Origin: Eutreptiella sp. 'Long Island Sound 2002'
Taxonomy: Eukaryota > Protista > Euglenida
NCBI GenBank assembly: GCA_964036045.1
Contig: OZ038379.1
Location: 58,342,001 to 58,406,000 of the forward strand
DNA: 64,000 bases
Direction of reading: 5' to 3'
Shown: in pieces, positions 11,208 to 23,830 of the stretch
Layout: each line of letters opens with the position of its first letter
Numbering within the stretch: the first letter of the stretch is position 1
Notes under the pieces: generated by a model
Database searches by the model: none
Told to the model about the DNA's origin: nothing
What the model saw: only the letters and a program-made list of their open reading frames with translations
Position numbers and translations under genes: made by a program

Positions 11208-12674
11208 AGCGAGCGACCTTCAGGCATTGGACTCGTGTGCCGAAAGACCAAAGACAGAGTCTGTCCGGACGACCCCGACAACACCAGGGCCACACCCATG
11301 CGCCAACTGCAATGTGTTTACTTGTTCCCCGTCCATGATCTCAGCATCTGGCCATCCGCACCCCACGCCCCGAAATATACGGCCAGGAGGGCGAGTGTCC
11401 CGACCCTCTGTGCATGCTGACGGCCGCATGCCTTGGGCCAACCGCCAGCGTGGGACCAGCCGGGGACGGACTTTCCAGGAATGGGGCTGTGTGTTTGCGG
11501 GATGCCCATGGACTGCGGTGCCCGGGGGGCGTTCTGCTGTGTATGAAATAGGGCGTTGCCCTGGTCCACAAGACGTCCCGTTGCGTAAGGCGCTGGCCTC
11601 CAGCCCAGCGGAATCTGCTCCAGAGAAGAAGTGTTGCTCTTCAGCGGCGTTTGAAGAGACTTTGGGGTGAGGGGTCTCAGGACGGGGGCACAAAAAAGAG
11701 GATCCTTCACCGTTGTGCCTGAGGTTCGGAGGGGCGGTCTCAGGCTCTCCTCATCGGTGCCCTGTGCACCTGAATCCCCCCAGGCCAGACCCACAGCTGT
11801 CCCTTCCCTGCAAACAACAACACCAACAACAACAATGCGGCAAGGAGTGCCGTATTACTACCGGTATTGGGTGTATGTTCCTTGACCTGTACCCCTGTCC
11901 CGGGCAGTAAACCCTGCTACCAGCGCTTTTGGGACTGTGGGTTTCAGGGTCCCTGTCATAAGACGATCTGAGGGTGCTTGTTCCTAAAGCCTGAGGGAGT
12001 AGTCAACTCATAACGCTGGTGGGCTCAGGTCGGTGGCCTTGTGCACAGGGGATTTGGTGTAGAGACGTTCCTGAAGAACACGAACAGTTTGGTTGGACAT
12101 AGAACCGGGGCGCCCCGGACCGGCAGTGTCTGGGCTACCCATGTCGGTTAGGGTAACCCCCTCGTGCTGGCGGTTATAGGCCAAATTTCAGGCGATTAAC
12201 CTCTGGTCACCGCTGCTTTCCAAGCATCCGCCGTGGGTTCAGCATCAGCTGCTGAAGTTTCCCAGTCAATCGTCGTGAGAAGCCAACCACCGTCGGTTGG
12301 CTGCCATGTTTTTTTGTTTCACCCCGAAAGTCGGACGCACAGCCTTTTCATCTTCTCTATTAAGCAGCGTCTTGGAAGAGCACACCACCTCTGATCACGT
12401 TGCTCCAATGAGAGCGCGGTCCGCGCGGTGTTTCCCTGGCCGTTGTCGACGCTGTCCGGCATGGACTGCCCCAAGGGGTCGCCGACAGAAGCTCAGGGGC
12501 ATTGCAGCAGCATGGCACATGCCTCGTCTCTTCAGCAACTGGGCCCCAGTGGCCCTAACGGATTTTTGATGGAAACGGAAACGGCGTTTTCGACACAGTC
12601 CCCACCCGGTGCCCCGCAACACACACAGCGCCAGCGCGCCCCGTCGCAGCAGATCCCCCCGATCACTCCTCAGA

Positions 12675-12966
12675 TCACTTCTTCTTGCCCTTCCCCTTTG
12701 CCTTCTTCGCCTTCGCCTGCCTCGCCGCGCGCGCGCGCAAGTTCCGCCCCTTCCGGATTCGCCGTGCCCGCGGGCCCTCGAATGTGTCGCCCAGGCCGCT
12801 CTGGCCGCGGTACTCCTTGACCTCCTCGGGCACGTTGTCGGGCAGCCCCACCAGAACCCCCAGCTCCTGGCGCAGCTTCACCGCCCCGAGAGGCGCGTTG
12901 GGGGGCTTGATGATGTGCTTGGGCTCGGCCATCGTGACTTCCGCTTTCCCGTTGTGCCGGTAATCA
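12675..12966 (-). CDS. NFACT/RqcH-like gene exon 5 (end of NFACT-R plus basic tail)
   Basis: Acceptor TTCTGCAG|T in phase 2. The join reads AFY-S-DYRHNGKAEVTMAEPKHIIKPPNAPLGAV, which matches the RqcH/FbpA AAYYSKAR..KVPVDYT..K.VKKP.GA.PG.V pattern. Stop at 12675. Confidence 0.85.
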
Positions 12967-13748
12967 CTGCAGAACGGGTGGCCAACGCGCGGCGGCGGGA
13001 TACTCGACACACGCGACAAACTGAAGGCGCTGCGCCCTGCACAGACCGCCGTGAAGGAGTGGAGAGGTGCAGCCACCGCACCTCCGCCGATTTGCGCGCA
13101 TGTCCAGACCACCCCAGAAGGAGTGCCCGAGGGGCACAGAGGGTCCACGGAACGTGTGGACCTCTGGACTACACGGCGCAAGCACACAGCCACCGCCAAA
13201 CGTCACCTCTTGACTGATCGCTCAGGCTCTGGGAGCAGCCGACACCACAGGGGCTCATGCCAGGGACCCCGGAACGGTTGAACATGCGCCACTCTGCGCC
13301 CCCGGGGCACAAACACTGAACTCAATGTGTCGGAGTCTGCGAGGGTCCAGCCCCCGGGAAAAAGGTGGGAAATACGGATTTCCGCAGATCATTGTCCACA
13401 AACCATCCCCCCCGGCCAAAAAAACAATTTTCCCGCGCCTTTGGTGCCCCAAAGGGCCTTCCTCCAGGTACCTCCTTGGGCAGGTCAGGCGAAGACCACT
13501 GTGGAACCATTTGGAAAAGCCCCTGTCCAACTCCACCCCCTACACAATCAGCAGTGGTGGATCCACTGCTGCTGTACCGTGTGCACTGTGCTTGACCAGG
13601 CACACAAAAGTTACCGGGGGCCCACATAATTCTCCCAAACACTCCCCACACCCCCTGGCAGAGCTGGCCTACTACGCGATCCAATACGTGTTAGATCGCG
13701 TAGTAGGCCGGCCCTCTCCCCTGGGCGTGGGCACTGACAGACGGGCAC

Positions 13749-14164
13749 CTGTAGAATGCCGCGAGGTTGGCTGCAAGCTGCAGGCACTCGGGAGTCGGGA
13801 TCCCCCCGGAGCTGGCCCGCACGACCACGTGCGCGCCGGGGCAGCCGCGCGCGTGCATCCACACATCGGCCCCGGTGGCAACGCGCACCGCAAGGCGCTC
13901 GTTCTCGGTGCGGTTGCGGCCCACGAGGATGTTGAGGCCGGCCGGGCTGGTGAAGCTGCGGTAGCGGCCATCCCGGCGGCGGCGGTAGGACGGGGCCTGG
14001 GAGGGGTCGGGGCCGCGGCCGCGCGGCCTGGGCGGCGCGAAGTTGAGGACTTTGAGGGAAAGGGCGGAGAGGGAGGTCTTGAGGGCCTGCAGCCGCTGCT
14101 CGTCGCGGGCGCTCTGTTGCAGTGTGGCTATGGCTTCGGTGAGGGGCTGCGTGTCGCGGGCATT
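13749..14164 (-). CDS. NFACT/RqcH-like gene exon 4 (NFACT-R/DUF814 domain)
   Basis: YRSFTSPAGLNILVGRNRTENERL...DVWMHARGCPGAHVVV...LQLAANLAAFY. Acceptor CCCTCAG| in phase 0 and donor AG|GTGCCC in phase 2. Confidence 0.92.
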
Positions 14165-15711
14165 CTGAGGGGCAGACGAGTGGATGCGTGACACATGGAG
14201 GAACTGGCAAGCGGGATACACTCATGCTGGTGCCTGGAAAAAATAGACTGCTTTTCCTCGGCCAAAGAAGCCCCCGATCTCGGGTCTGACGGGTATGCCC
14301 ACGTCGGTCCCTGGCTTGAAAACCCAGCGTTCTGGCTCAGTGCTGCACACCGTGCAAGAAACGCCGCTCTTGGAAACTTTTTTGAAGCGGGGAGCATAGC
14401 ACTTATGCTAAGGATAACAACATGATGTGCTGCAACACTTTGTGGGTCCGAGGGGCAAGCTATCAAAAAATTTCGCTTCCCGATATGGTACAGCGGACCA
14501 CTGTAAACTCTGTGTGCGTCATGTGCGTTCAGGTGCTTTGAGACCTGGGTCTATCCAATCAATGCATCTCGGATGATCATCAGGCAGATGGGGGGCATCC
14601 CCAGGGAGATAGAGGGGGCACGGCGCCCGCACGGCGCGCACACGACACACGACCCACGACATCGCAGCGGAGTATTCCGCTGCAACGCTACCTTTCAGGA
14701 CTTGCGGGTGTTGCGGCTCAGAATCACAGCTTTGAGTCGGACATTTGCGATTCTGAAGCACTTCGCCGATGGCAACACGAACCCGTCATCACATCCGGCT
14801 CTTCTCCGACAAGGGCAGAAGAACAAAGGCAGAGCAGAACAGAACAGAACAGAACAGAAAAGTCAGCGGAGGGGGGTGATGCTGCCATGCGCTTCAGCGT
14901 GAGTGACGCAGTCCATTTGGTGTCACCTGACGTGCCCCAGCGACAGGCATACAGTCACATCTTGAGTGCCCATCGGGGTCGGCGAGGGTCCCAAACCTTG
15001 AGTGAGTTGGCCCCGCCACGTGCGCAGATGGGCACACACATGCGATGTCATGTATGTGGATTGCATGGACATTGGTTTTTGGAAACATCGATTCCACTCA
15101 TTTGTGTGCGCAACTGACGACCGGGTTACCGCTCAGACGGGATGGCCTTCTGTGCGCATGCCAATGCGCCAGTCACGGGACAATATTCGGGGGCCTGGGT
15201 ATCATGAAGGCTTTTAATGTCCAGGTTGTCCAGCAGTCAGGTCAATGTCAGACACAGAGATAGAACACAGTGGTGCCCTGTCGCAGGCTGTTTGGGGGTA
15301 AATGACAGCTGCCTCGAGTCACCGGTCGGCAGTGGAGGAACAGGTGACGTCGGTTGCAGGCCAACTGACTGCCGTTGTGGGCGAATCGACGGAGGTTAGG
15401 CTGGACGTTTTTGAACAAAAGTAACGAAACCCACCCACGCCACCATTGCAAAAAAGCCTCGGTTACTACACGGAAGGCCCTTTTGCTGCTCCAAAAGCAT
15501 CGCCTTTTGTGCGTGCGCTCCAGAACACTGCTGCGCAGACGGTGCAGCGTCTAAGGAATGGAACACGGGAGGGGTGATGGTGGGGGGGTAATGATACAAA
15601 GAGGGGAGATGGGATTCGTGCAATACCCCACTGCGCAGTCCCGCAGCATACGTTCCGACACGGCAAACTCTGCAGTACCTGTCCCTCCCGACAGCCTATC
15701 GCCCAATGCAC

Positions 15712-16038
15712 CTGCTCCAAAAGCTCTGCAATCTGCTTTGCACCCCTGCGGCACTTGCGCGCCTTTTTAAACAACGCCTCCGCCTCGTCCTTCGCAGACG
15801 CGTACCGCGCGGTGTCGAATCGCAGCTCTACCTCCGCCCCGTCCTGGTCCCAGTCGTCCACTGTCACGGTCTTCATGCCGGGCTTGATCCGGTACAGATT
15901 TGCAGTGATCAGCTGCGCGCGCTTCCCAAACGCCTCCGCCTCCGCCGCCTTCACCTGCTCCTTCTCTAACGCGAACTTCTGACGCCCAAGCGAATCCAAA
16001 GCCGTAGCCACGGCCTTGTGAATCTCATCGTACAGCAC
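15712..16038 (-). CDS. NFACT/RqcH-like gene exon 3 (coiled-coil region)
   Basis: GKRAQLITANLYRIKPGMKTVTVDDW...AEALFKKARKCRRG resembles the FbpA GELL.ANL..I..G...V...Y...AQ.YFKKY.K.KR block. Boundaries GCTCAG| and CAG|GTGCAT are both phase 0. Confidence 0.88.
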
Positions 16039-16701
16039 CTGAGCCAAACGCCATGGCTTTTGCTGTCAGACTTCCCCGCATGACCGGCTTCAAACCCAGT
16101 GGTGACACGTCAGATGGTTCCGGTGCATCACGAAGGTGATGAGCACGGACACCCAGCAATCGCTCCCGCCAAATGATGTTGGACCACCACCACACCCACC
16201 CCTGAGAGCGCCATTGCTTTGCTGCACCTGACTCCCCCCCCCCCTAAAAAGATGTTCCGAGTCCCTGACAATCAACAGCCTCTTGTCCCCGAACATGGGA
16301 AGACACCGGATATGTCAAAAACGGATTTTTATGATGCGTCGGGGGCCGACACGTCCCGCATCGGGGCACATCGGTTGCACATTGTAGGCACATGTATATA
16401 TCTGCACATACATGTGTATGATGTATACGTATATGCATATGCCTATAATCCTGAGGGCACAAAGGGTACAGACAGGGGAAGACACAGGGAAGCGCTCACC
16501 CCTTTTTGTGTTGTTATCATTAGTTTGCCAGGATTCATGGGCCCAAATTGCAGCTTGTGGCACTCAGAACCACAGAGTATGATTGGATCGTCCTTCTTCC
16601 AGAAGACAGCGAAATAGGGTGCCAAAGTACACGGTTCGAACACATGCTGCCCATTGGGCAGGGGCGTTCAGGGGACATAGACACCGGGGGTAGAAAGGCA
16701 C

Positions 16702-17021
16702 CTGCACAGGATCTGGCACAGCCTCCTCCTCTTCATCCTCCGCGGCCTCAGGCCCATCTCCCATGCCATCCACAACGCGCTTTATGCCATCTTCATCCTC
16801 GTCGTCCTTGTCAATGTCATTTTCACCAATCCCCTCGTCCCAATCCCCGCCACCCCCCTCCCCATAATCCACCCATGCGGCCTCTCCCTCCGTTTCCTCC
16901 TGGATGCCTTTCTGACTGCCCTCTTCAGCCCCACCTTCGTGCTGCTCAGCGACGCTGGTGAGCACCACCGTCAAGCGGCTGCCGTTGCGGGCCAGGTATG
17001 CTGGGCCTGCACGCTGGAGAC
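16702..17021 (-). CDS. NFACT/RqcH-like gene exon 2 (end of leader plus acidic low-complexity region)
   Basis: Acceptor CTCCTGCAG| in phase 1 matches the exon 1 donor. Donor CAG|GTGCCT in phase 0 matches exon 3. The exon is D/E-rich. Confidence 0.75.
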
Positions 17022-18139
17022 CTGCAGGAGACTCGTGTTGGAAACATTGCACTAGACATGGCAAACCTCTTAAGCGGAAGCGGCACACACGGTGTGGGCG
17101 ACTACAGATAAGGTGTCAGAACTCAACACAATGTCCAATTCGCGAGGCTGTGATGCTTAATCGCGCATGCAAAGGCGAAGCCAGACACATTTGCCGATGA
17201 CACATTTGTCGAAGGCGGAAAGTGATGTGCGCGTCGTGCAGTGGCTGTACTTGTTAGCGCAGCCCGGCAACATTAGTGACTCAGTGGGGAACTCACAAGC
17301 CAAAACGTCAGGCGAAAACAATGCCCCCTCTCCCCATCACGCCAGTACATCGAAACTTGGAGAAACCCCTTGGTGATGCAGGGGTGCCGCTTTCCATTAA
17401 GGTGGTACCCATGCACTGTGAATACGGTGAAACATTAAAATGATCCATCATGTGGACCACGTCACGTGCGGCAAAACCTTACAGCTCCTTGACATCCATC
17501 ATTCAGGCCAGTACTTACATGGGTGACTCATATCAGGGCCCCCAAAGGCGGACGGTGCTTGACTCGTCCCAGCCGCAGTTGGCAGCCAACTAGCGGTGGT
17601 TACCGTGAAGAACACGGTTCTGTGTCATGGACCGCACTGGCCTTGCCTGGACGGGAATGGCCCTGGAGCGTTTATGACATGCCCTGAAATATTTCCGACG
17701 CAGTCCGCAGTGGTCTGACGACACTGCACACCACAGACCTGCCTTCAGCTGTACAAGCACGTGCACATGGTGCCTACACTGCGACAGGTGCCTCTCCTGG
17801 AGGCCACGATGCCTCCCCTGGGCCATTCAGGATAGATCAGAGAAGAGACAGGTCTGAGTGTGGGGCAACAGTACGCCCCCCGTGCTCGGGGAGGGCAGTG
17901 TCCGCCACCGTGGCGTTTCGGAGACTTCTGGGTGCCCTTGAACAGGAGACAAACGTGGAACAGTCACGGGGTGCGCCTACAGTTGTGGTTCGTGCTTTCT
18001 TCCGGCAGCTGACATGGCAACCAAAAAAGCGATACCAGCGGCAACACTTATTGCACCACCATGAACGGAAAAAGGCACGGGAAACGTTGCATTGCGCATG
18101 CCATTGGTAATCCTCCGAATGATCAACAAAGAACAGAAA

Positions 18140-18945
18140 GATATCTCTCGGGGACATCCGTGATGTGCCAACACGGAGCAAATTCGCAAGTTTTCACGGT
18201 TTTCTCACGTTTTGGTCCAATGCACCAAAAATTCGTTCCGTAGGGGGGTGTATGTGTATGCTTTTTGAAATCTGTGAGAAAAGCCCGTTTCAGAAATGTA
18301 TGGGTTTGGGGGGGTGGGGGTAGGTGGTCACAGTTTTGAGCACAGAGCTGTACATGGGACGACGCACAGGACGGGGCAATGCTCTAGGGATCACTCATTA
18401 TTCTGAATCCGAGTTGTTCTCAAAGTACGTTGTCTAGTGCCCCCTCTTTCTGGTGTACTTCTGCCGACCTGCATGTTTCACCTTCTGCTCCAAATCAACG
18501 CCAATGCAGGTCACCAGAAATTCATGCTGAGAAGCCTTGCTGGGGTGCACTTTGCAATCCCAAAACTGGGTTGCAAAAGCAGCGGCCTCTGCAGTGGACA
18601 GAACCTGGTGTTCCTCGTGGGAATATGCAGGTTGCTGTGAAACGGCCGCACGAGGCTTTTTGGCCTGCCTGGCAGGGTCCCGGGTCACCTTCACCCAGTT
18701 TGCACCCCCAGAGCGCGCTCGTTTGCGCACCAAAGGTTTCTGTGGTGCATCGGGGGAAGCAACAGCACGGTGCGTGAATTTGTATGCAGACATGGTAGCT
18801 GCCAGTTGACAAAAGGGGGTAGCAAGCAACACGGGCATCGTCCAAAACGGACGAAAATCTCAAACATGTCGTCGGTACAGCATGCAGACCCAGGGTGTTC
18901 CACATAGCCCTTTTCAAGGGCTTTCCGAATATACTGTCGTTGCCG
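18140..18945 (-). mobile_element. TE family copy A inside intron 1, carrying an MSAYKFT...RKRARSGG ORF start
   Basis: Homologous in inverted orientation to 22990-23830. ATG at 18793. Confidence 0.75.
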
Positions 18946-18948
18946 TAT

Positions 18949-19263
18949 TTAAAAACGGTCAAATTTAAAAACGGTGCCCTTGGCGTTTTTAATTATGGCG
19001 TTTTTAATTATGGCCACCCACAAGGACACTACACGGAAATTGCCCTCCTTCCGCCAACGGTACAGCCAAGTGCGAACTGTCTCTGATGAAATGAGGAGGT
19101 CCTTTGGGGCTGTTAAGTTGTACTCCAGTGCTGCAGCATGTGGTCCAACATGGCGTGCCTTTGTGACAAGTTGCTCCACATGCTCAGGGGGGCGTTGCTT
19201 GCGTTTGCCACTGTCCTTCAAATCCAAAACAACATTTGCTGGAACAGCAAATGCTTCCATCAA
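18949..19263 (-). pseudogene. Transposase-like N-terminal HTH fragment bracketed by 15-bp tandem repeats
   Basis: HAAALEYNL...ISSETVRTWLYRWRKEG is an HTH-like motif. GGCGTTTTTAATTAT repeats lie at about 18980-19015 and 19345-19415. Confidence 0.45.
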
Positions 19264-20217
19264 AAAACCACCTTTGGACAGGAAAAGTGCACAAAAGTGG
19301 CTGACCGTTTTAAATTATGGCCAATTCTGGAAATCCCCCAAAACCCCCGGCGTTTTTAATTATGGCGTTTTAAATTATGGCGTTTTCATTTATGGCCGTT
19401 TTAAATTATGGCCGCTAATATACCCCACATCCCCCCCCCCCCCCCGCTTTGGGACACTCAGCGGGCACAAATGAGGCAGCAATGGCACTGACCCCTGAAA
19501 ACGCTCCGTGTTTGGCAGAAAATCGGACGTCCCTGAGAGATATGCAATTTGAGACATGAGATATGAGATATGAGATTTGGTATTTTTTTGGAAGTCCTTT
19601 GGACTTTCTGGAATTTTTTCGGAAATCTTGTTTAATTTTTGTTGGTTTTTTTTTTGAATTGGTGGAATTTCCAAAATAATTTGCGGAAAAAAATTGGAAA
19701 AATTGTGGCAAAAATTCAAAAAAAAATCAAACAAAATTCAAGAGAAAAATTGAATAAATATACTTCAAAAAATTCAGGGAAAATTGTGCAAAAATGATGG
19801 GAAGAAACAATTCCAAAATAAAACTCAATGAAAAATTTCCAACTAAAAATCCAACCAAATTCCCAATAAATAAAATTCCCCATACACTAAGCTCCATCAA
19901 TTGTCAGTCCCCTCCAGATGATTGGCAACGGTCCGCAAGTCAAGGCCGGCCGCCCGATGAACCATCAACGGCAAGTCACAGACCAGCCAACCGGGTTTTT
20001 TCCTTCACTCTACAAAAAGAATCCTGTTCCTCACACACCGAGAGGACAGGGCATGTGAACATCTCTTAAATGCTGACCTTTCTGAGTCGACACAAGATGC
20101 CCCCCCCGATACACACCTGGCCGCAACTCCTCTAATATTACGCCGACCCAACGCACCCCCAAATGTCATAAGGGTGGCCGCCGACCTCCCAACATGGCCC
20201 CGCCCAGGCCATTATAC

Positions 20218-20665
20218 CTCTCAACGAACGATTGCCACGAGGCGCATTCATTGCCTTACGCCTGCTGCGCCACATTGCCATGCCCCCGAACAGCAGCACC
20301 ATGGCGCCCACAGCCACATTCGGACTCCAAACACGTTCATGCTCGACAAGGCGGAGAGCATTTCGTGCTGGTGAGTCTGCTGGCCATTTCGCACTGTGGA
20401 CCAGCGACACTGAGGCTGCAGACTGAAAAGGGGGCTTTTGAGGTCGCAGATGCCACTGCGGGTGGAGTTGAGGAATGGTGGGCGCGGTGCGGAGCGCACT
20501 TTGGAGACGCGGAATGACAGCATTGTGCAGCGAGGCAGTGGTCCAGGAGGGTGGGTTTGCAGCACCAAACAGGAGTACAGCAGATAAGAGCAAACCAGCC
20601 ACAATATGCCCACCCATCGGATGCACCTTGGGCTGATCAGGCAGCAGCCTGGGATGGGACTTCAT
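20218..20665 (-). CDS. NFACT/RqcH-like gene exon 1: bipartite plastid-targeting leader (alternative ATG at 20617)
   Basis: Hydrophobic segment IVAGLLLSAVLLFGAA, then an S/T/P/A/R-rich stretch poor in acidic residues, then a second TMD VAVGAMVLLFGGMAMW followed by RSRRK. Donor AG|GTATAA in phase 1. CTTGCTTTAG acceptor lies 8 nt before the ATG at 20665. Confidence 0.7.
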
Positions 20666-21020
20666 GATACAATCTAAAGCAAGCCCTGCTAGAAACCAAT
20701 GAGGACAGCCCGCCCTGCAACTCAACTGAGGCTCGCAGAACCTGTTTAATGGACATTGATGCACGGTTACCTTTAGTATGCCTCATGGAGGGATACCGTG
20801 ATGGATGGCAGTCACGGTAACCTGCCACACTAGAGAGCACGTCAGGAATATGCGCATGAGCCATGGGTTGCTCCAGTGTATTACACGTGTGGGAGGCTCG
20901 TTTCCGTGAACCGCTCTTGAGTGCTCGGGCTTAGACAGTTTGAGGCAGCCCCTGCCCAAAAGAAACAACGTAGGGGGAGTGTTTGCCCTACGCGCTACTT
21001 TTATGATGACTTTCCCCAAT

Positions 21021-21077
21021 TGGGTCCCCAAGTTTACCATTACCGTATGGGTCCCCAAGTTTACCATTACCGTATGG
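21021..21077 (+). repeat. 27-bp perfect tandem duplication
   Basis: TGGGTCCCCAAGTTTACCATTACCGTA occurs at 21021 and 21048. Confidence 0.9.
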
Positions 21078-21489
21078 AGCCCCCGAGTAGACCAACAGCT
21101 GCCTCTTGCCAACAAATGAAGCAACAAACCATCCATGCACAACATTGAACAAGAAAAGCATATCTGAATCACCTTCGCAACTTTGTTCCACCAAATTTGT
21201 TTGCTCAAATTGAACAAGCAAGACTGTTCAATGAACAATCTTCCCACAAGTGTGTCAAGTGTGTGGGACATTCACCACATTCTGTTGTAGTGTGCTTTTG
21301 ACAGCACAATGCACATATATCAACCTCCTCCCCAACATCATCTTGCGTGTCATCCTCAATGGTTGCTTCGGTGCTCTTCCAAACATGAGGGGGAACATGT
21401 TCCCACGGTCCATACGGAGGGTAACGGACCTGCCTCCGGATGCAAAATTGGGCAAAGTGCAACAAAATGCGCACCTATTGATGCAACTA

Positions 21490-21670
21490 TTTGGGACCAC
21501 ATAACCCCTGCATTCTTAGGGGTCCCCAAACAAAAGGGGGTAGAAATCAGAATTGGCTGCCTCACCCCTGCCTTCTTGAGCGCCCAAAAGAGGGCGGAAT
21601 TGCTACACCACCCCTGCATTCTCGGGGGTCCCCTACAAAGGGGACAAAATCAAAATTGGCTGCCTCACCC
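21490..21670 (+). repeat. Short minisatellite-like repeat
   Basis: CCCCTGCATTCT..GGGGTCCCC..ACAAA.GGG...AAATCA.AATTGGCTGCCTCACCC occurs twice, with a shorter variant unit between. Confidence 0.7.
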
Positions 21671-22989
21671 ATAGGGGTAGGCATCGGAAATAGCCCAAAA
21701 AGTTGCCCTGCGCGCTAACACTCCCTCCCGGATACAGAGATGGACCGGTATCCTTGCCAATTTGTGAATTCTAGACCGAGGTGTGTGCCAACGTTGCTCG
21801 TGTGTTAAACCCTTGTAACCTTACTGGGTTTGAAAATTGGAAAAATATGTAGCCCTCTGGCTGCCTAGAAATCATGTGGTTACATCGCTGAATGCAATGT
21901 TGTCACGTTGATTGACCACATATCAAAAAAACCCTGCAAACGTTACCTTTTGCGAGAAACGGCGTGGGATTTTGGGTGAGGCTGCCTCAAGCTGCCCAAC
22001 CAGTGACGGAGAACATCATCAACGGGATCATCATCCTTTGCCCCATTCGCCCCCCCCAAGCCACAACCAAGGCACCGAAAAGGGCAGAAACCGCACACCA
22101 TCATTGTATCCAATATTTGTAGGTTTGCTCAACACCTTTGTGGAACGCGGCATTGAAGGATTCCACATTTGTTATTTTTTGGGAGCACTCATTGTCACAT
22201 TCCGTGTGTTCATCACAGCTTTAAGGTCAATATGAAACTTTGGGACCCTCCTTGTATGCCATTGCCTGTAGTTGCCGTTGCTACTTGTGGGTAGATGGCA
22301 GTAGGGGTTGTGATATTGTTGTGTGCCCCAAAGGAACATTTCCCCTGTTTCGTTTGTGTCAAGGGAGACGTGCCCCACGGGGCGTGGCTGCGAAGGGACG
22401 TACGCCCCAAAAAGCGCACTTGCCAAGGCAAGATGAGGCAGTGCACACCATTCGATGGCTCCTTTCGTTCCACTAGTCCAAAAACGGGATTTCCATGGTT
22501 TATTATCCGGTGGCTGTGCTTTGCCGGGTTTGCCCAGCACATTCAACACCAAGCCATACATTTGCACTTCAAACCCCAAAGGTACGCCGAGTAAAGTGCC
22601 TGCTCAGTCTTGTGCAGCCTACTTTGGAAAACGCATCCCACACCTACGGCACCCACTGCAGGGGCTAATTATTTTCAGTTCAGCTGGTCATACTACAGGG
22701 ACAACACCACTACTACTACTACTCCAGCCATGTGCTGCTCCACTGCTCTAGCGCTGCACGTAAACCAGGGCTTGCCCAGACCACATGATGACTGCAAACA
22801 AACAATATTGCAAACCGCACCTGTCCTTGCTCAGCACCATCATAGTACACAACTTTGCCACCACAATGGGACTAGATGGAAACACAACTTGGTACTTCAG
22901 TGTTGCATCCATATCCCAGACTAGAATGCATATCTCTCGGGGACGGTACCGAATGCGCCAACTCGGTGGGTTTTCAGTGGTCGTCGTCA

Positions 22990-23830
22990 GTGTTGCCTGA
23001 TTTGTGCCCATTGTGTGTCCCGTAGGGAGGGTTATATGGAGTATATTCGGAAAGCCCTTGAAAAGGGCTAGTTGGAACACCCTAGGTCTACATGCTGTAC
23101 TGACGACATGTTTGAGATTTTCGTCCGTTTTGGACGGTGCCTGCGTTCCTTGCTTCCAGGTAGCTACCATGTCTGCATACAAATTTACACCACGTGTTGT
23201 TGCTTCCCCCGACGCACCACCAAAGCCTTTGGTGCGCAAAAGAGCGCGCTCAGGGGGGGTGAGGTGGGTGCACGTGCATGAGCCTGGCAGCCGGGCAAAA
23301 AAGCCCCGTACGGCCGGTTCACAGCAACTTGCATGCACCCACCAAGAGCACCAGATTTTGACCAGCGCCGAGGCCGGACTGACGGCCTCTGGGCCATGCC
23401 TCTCAACGCAGGGTGGGTGCCTGTGAAGGCACGCAAGATTGGAGAAAATTGAAGAAATATGTCCCCATTCACAAGCAGGGTGATGTGTGCCTCAATGGGG
23501 TCCCAGCCCTTGTGGAGAGGGACAACAATGATGACGATTCAGATGTGCAATAAGCAGTGGTCCCCTGTGCAGTGCTCCGTCCCGCGCATTGTCCAAGCTT
23601 CAACTCTGTGCTCAGAAATGTGACCACCTACCCCCCCCCCACCCATACAAATCTGAAACGGCATTTTCTCACAAATTTTAGAAAGTATACACATACCCCC
23701 CCCCCCCAACGGAATGAAAGGTTGGCACAACGGACCAAAAGTTTGGAAACCCCGCAAAAAGTGCCAAAACCCACCACGTTGGGGCGTTCCGAATGTCCCT
23801 GAGAGATATGCCGCTCCAGCTTTATTGTAG
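22990..23830 (+). mobile_element. TE family copy B upstream of the NFACT gene
   Basis: Inverted homolog of 18140-18945. TGCTTCCAG|GTAGCTACCATG with the ATG at 23169. Confidence 0.75.

Noticed and set aside
17590-17826. Candidate extra exon in intron 1 of the NFACT gene
   Set aside because: The phase-compatible frame hits a stop, and exons 1 and 2 already join in phase.
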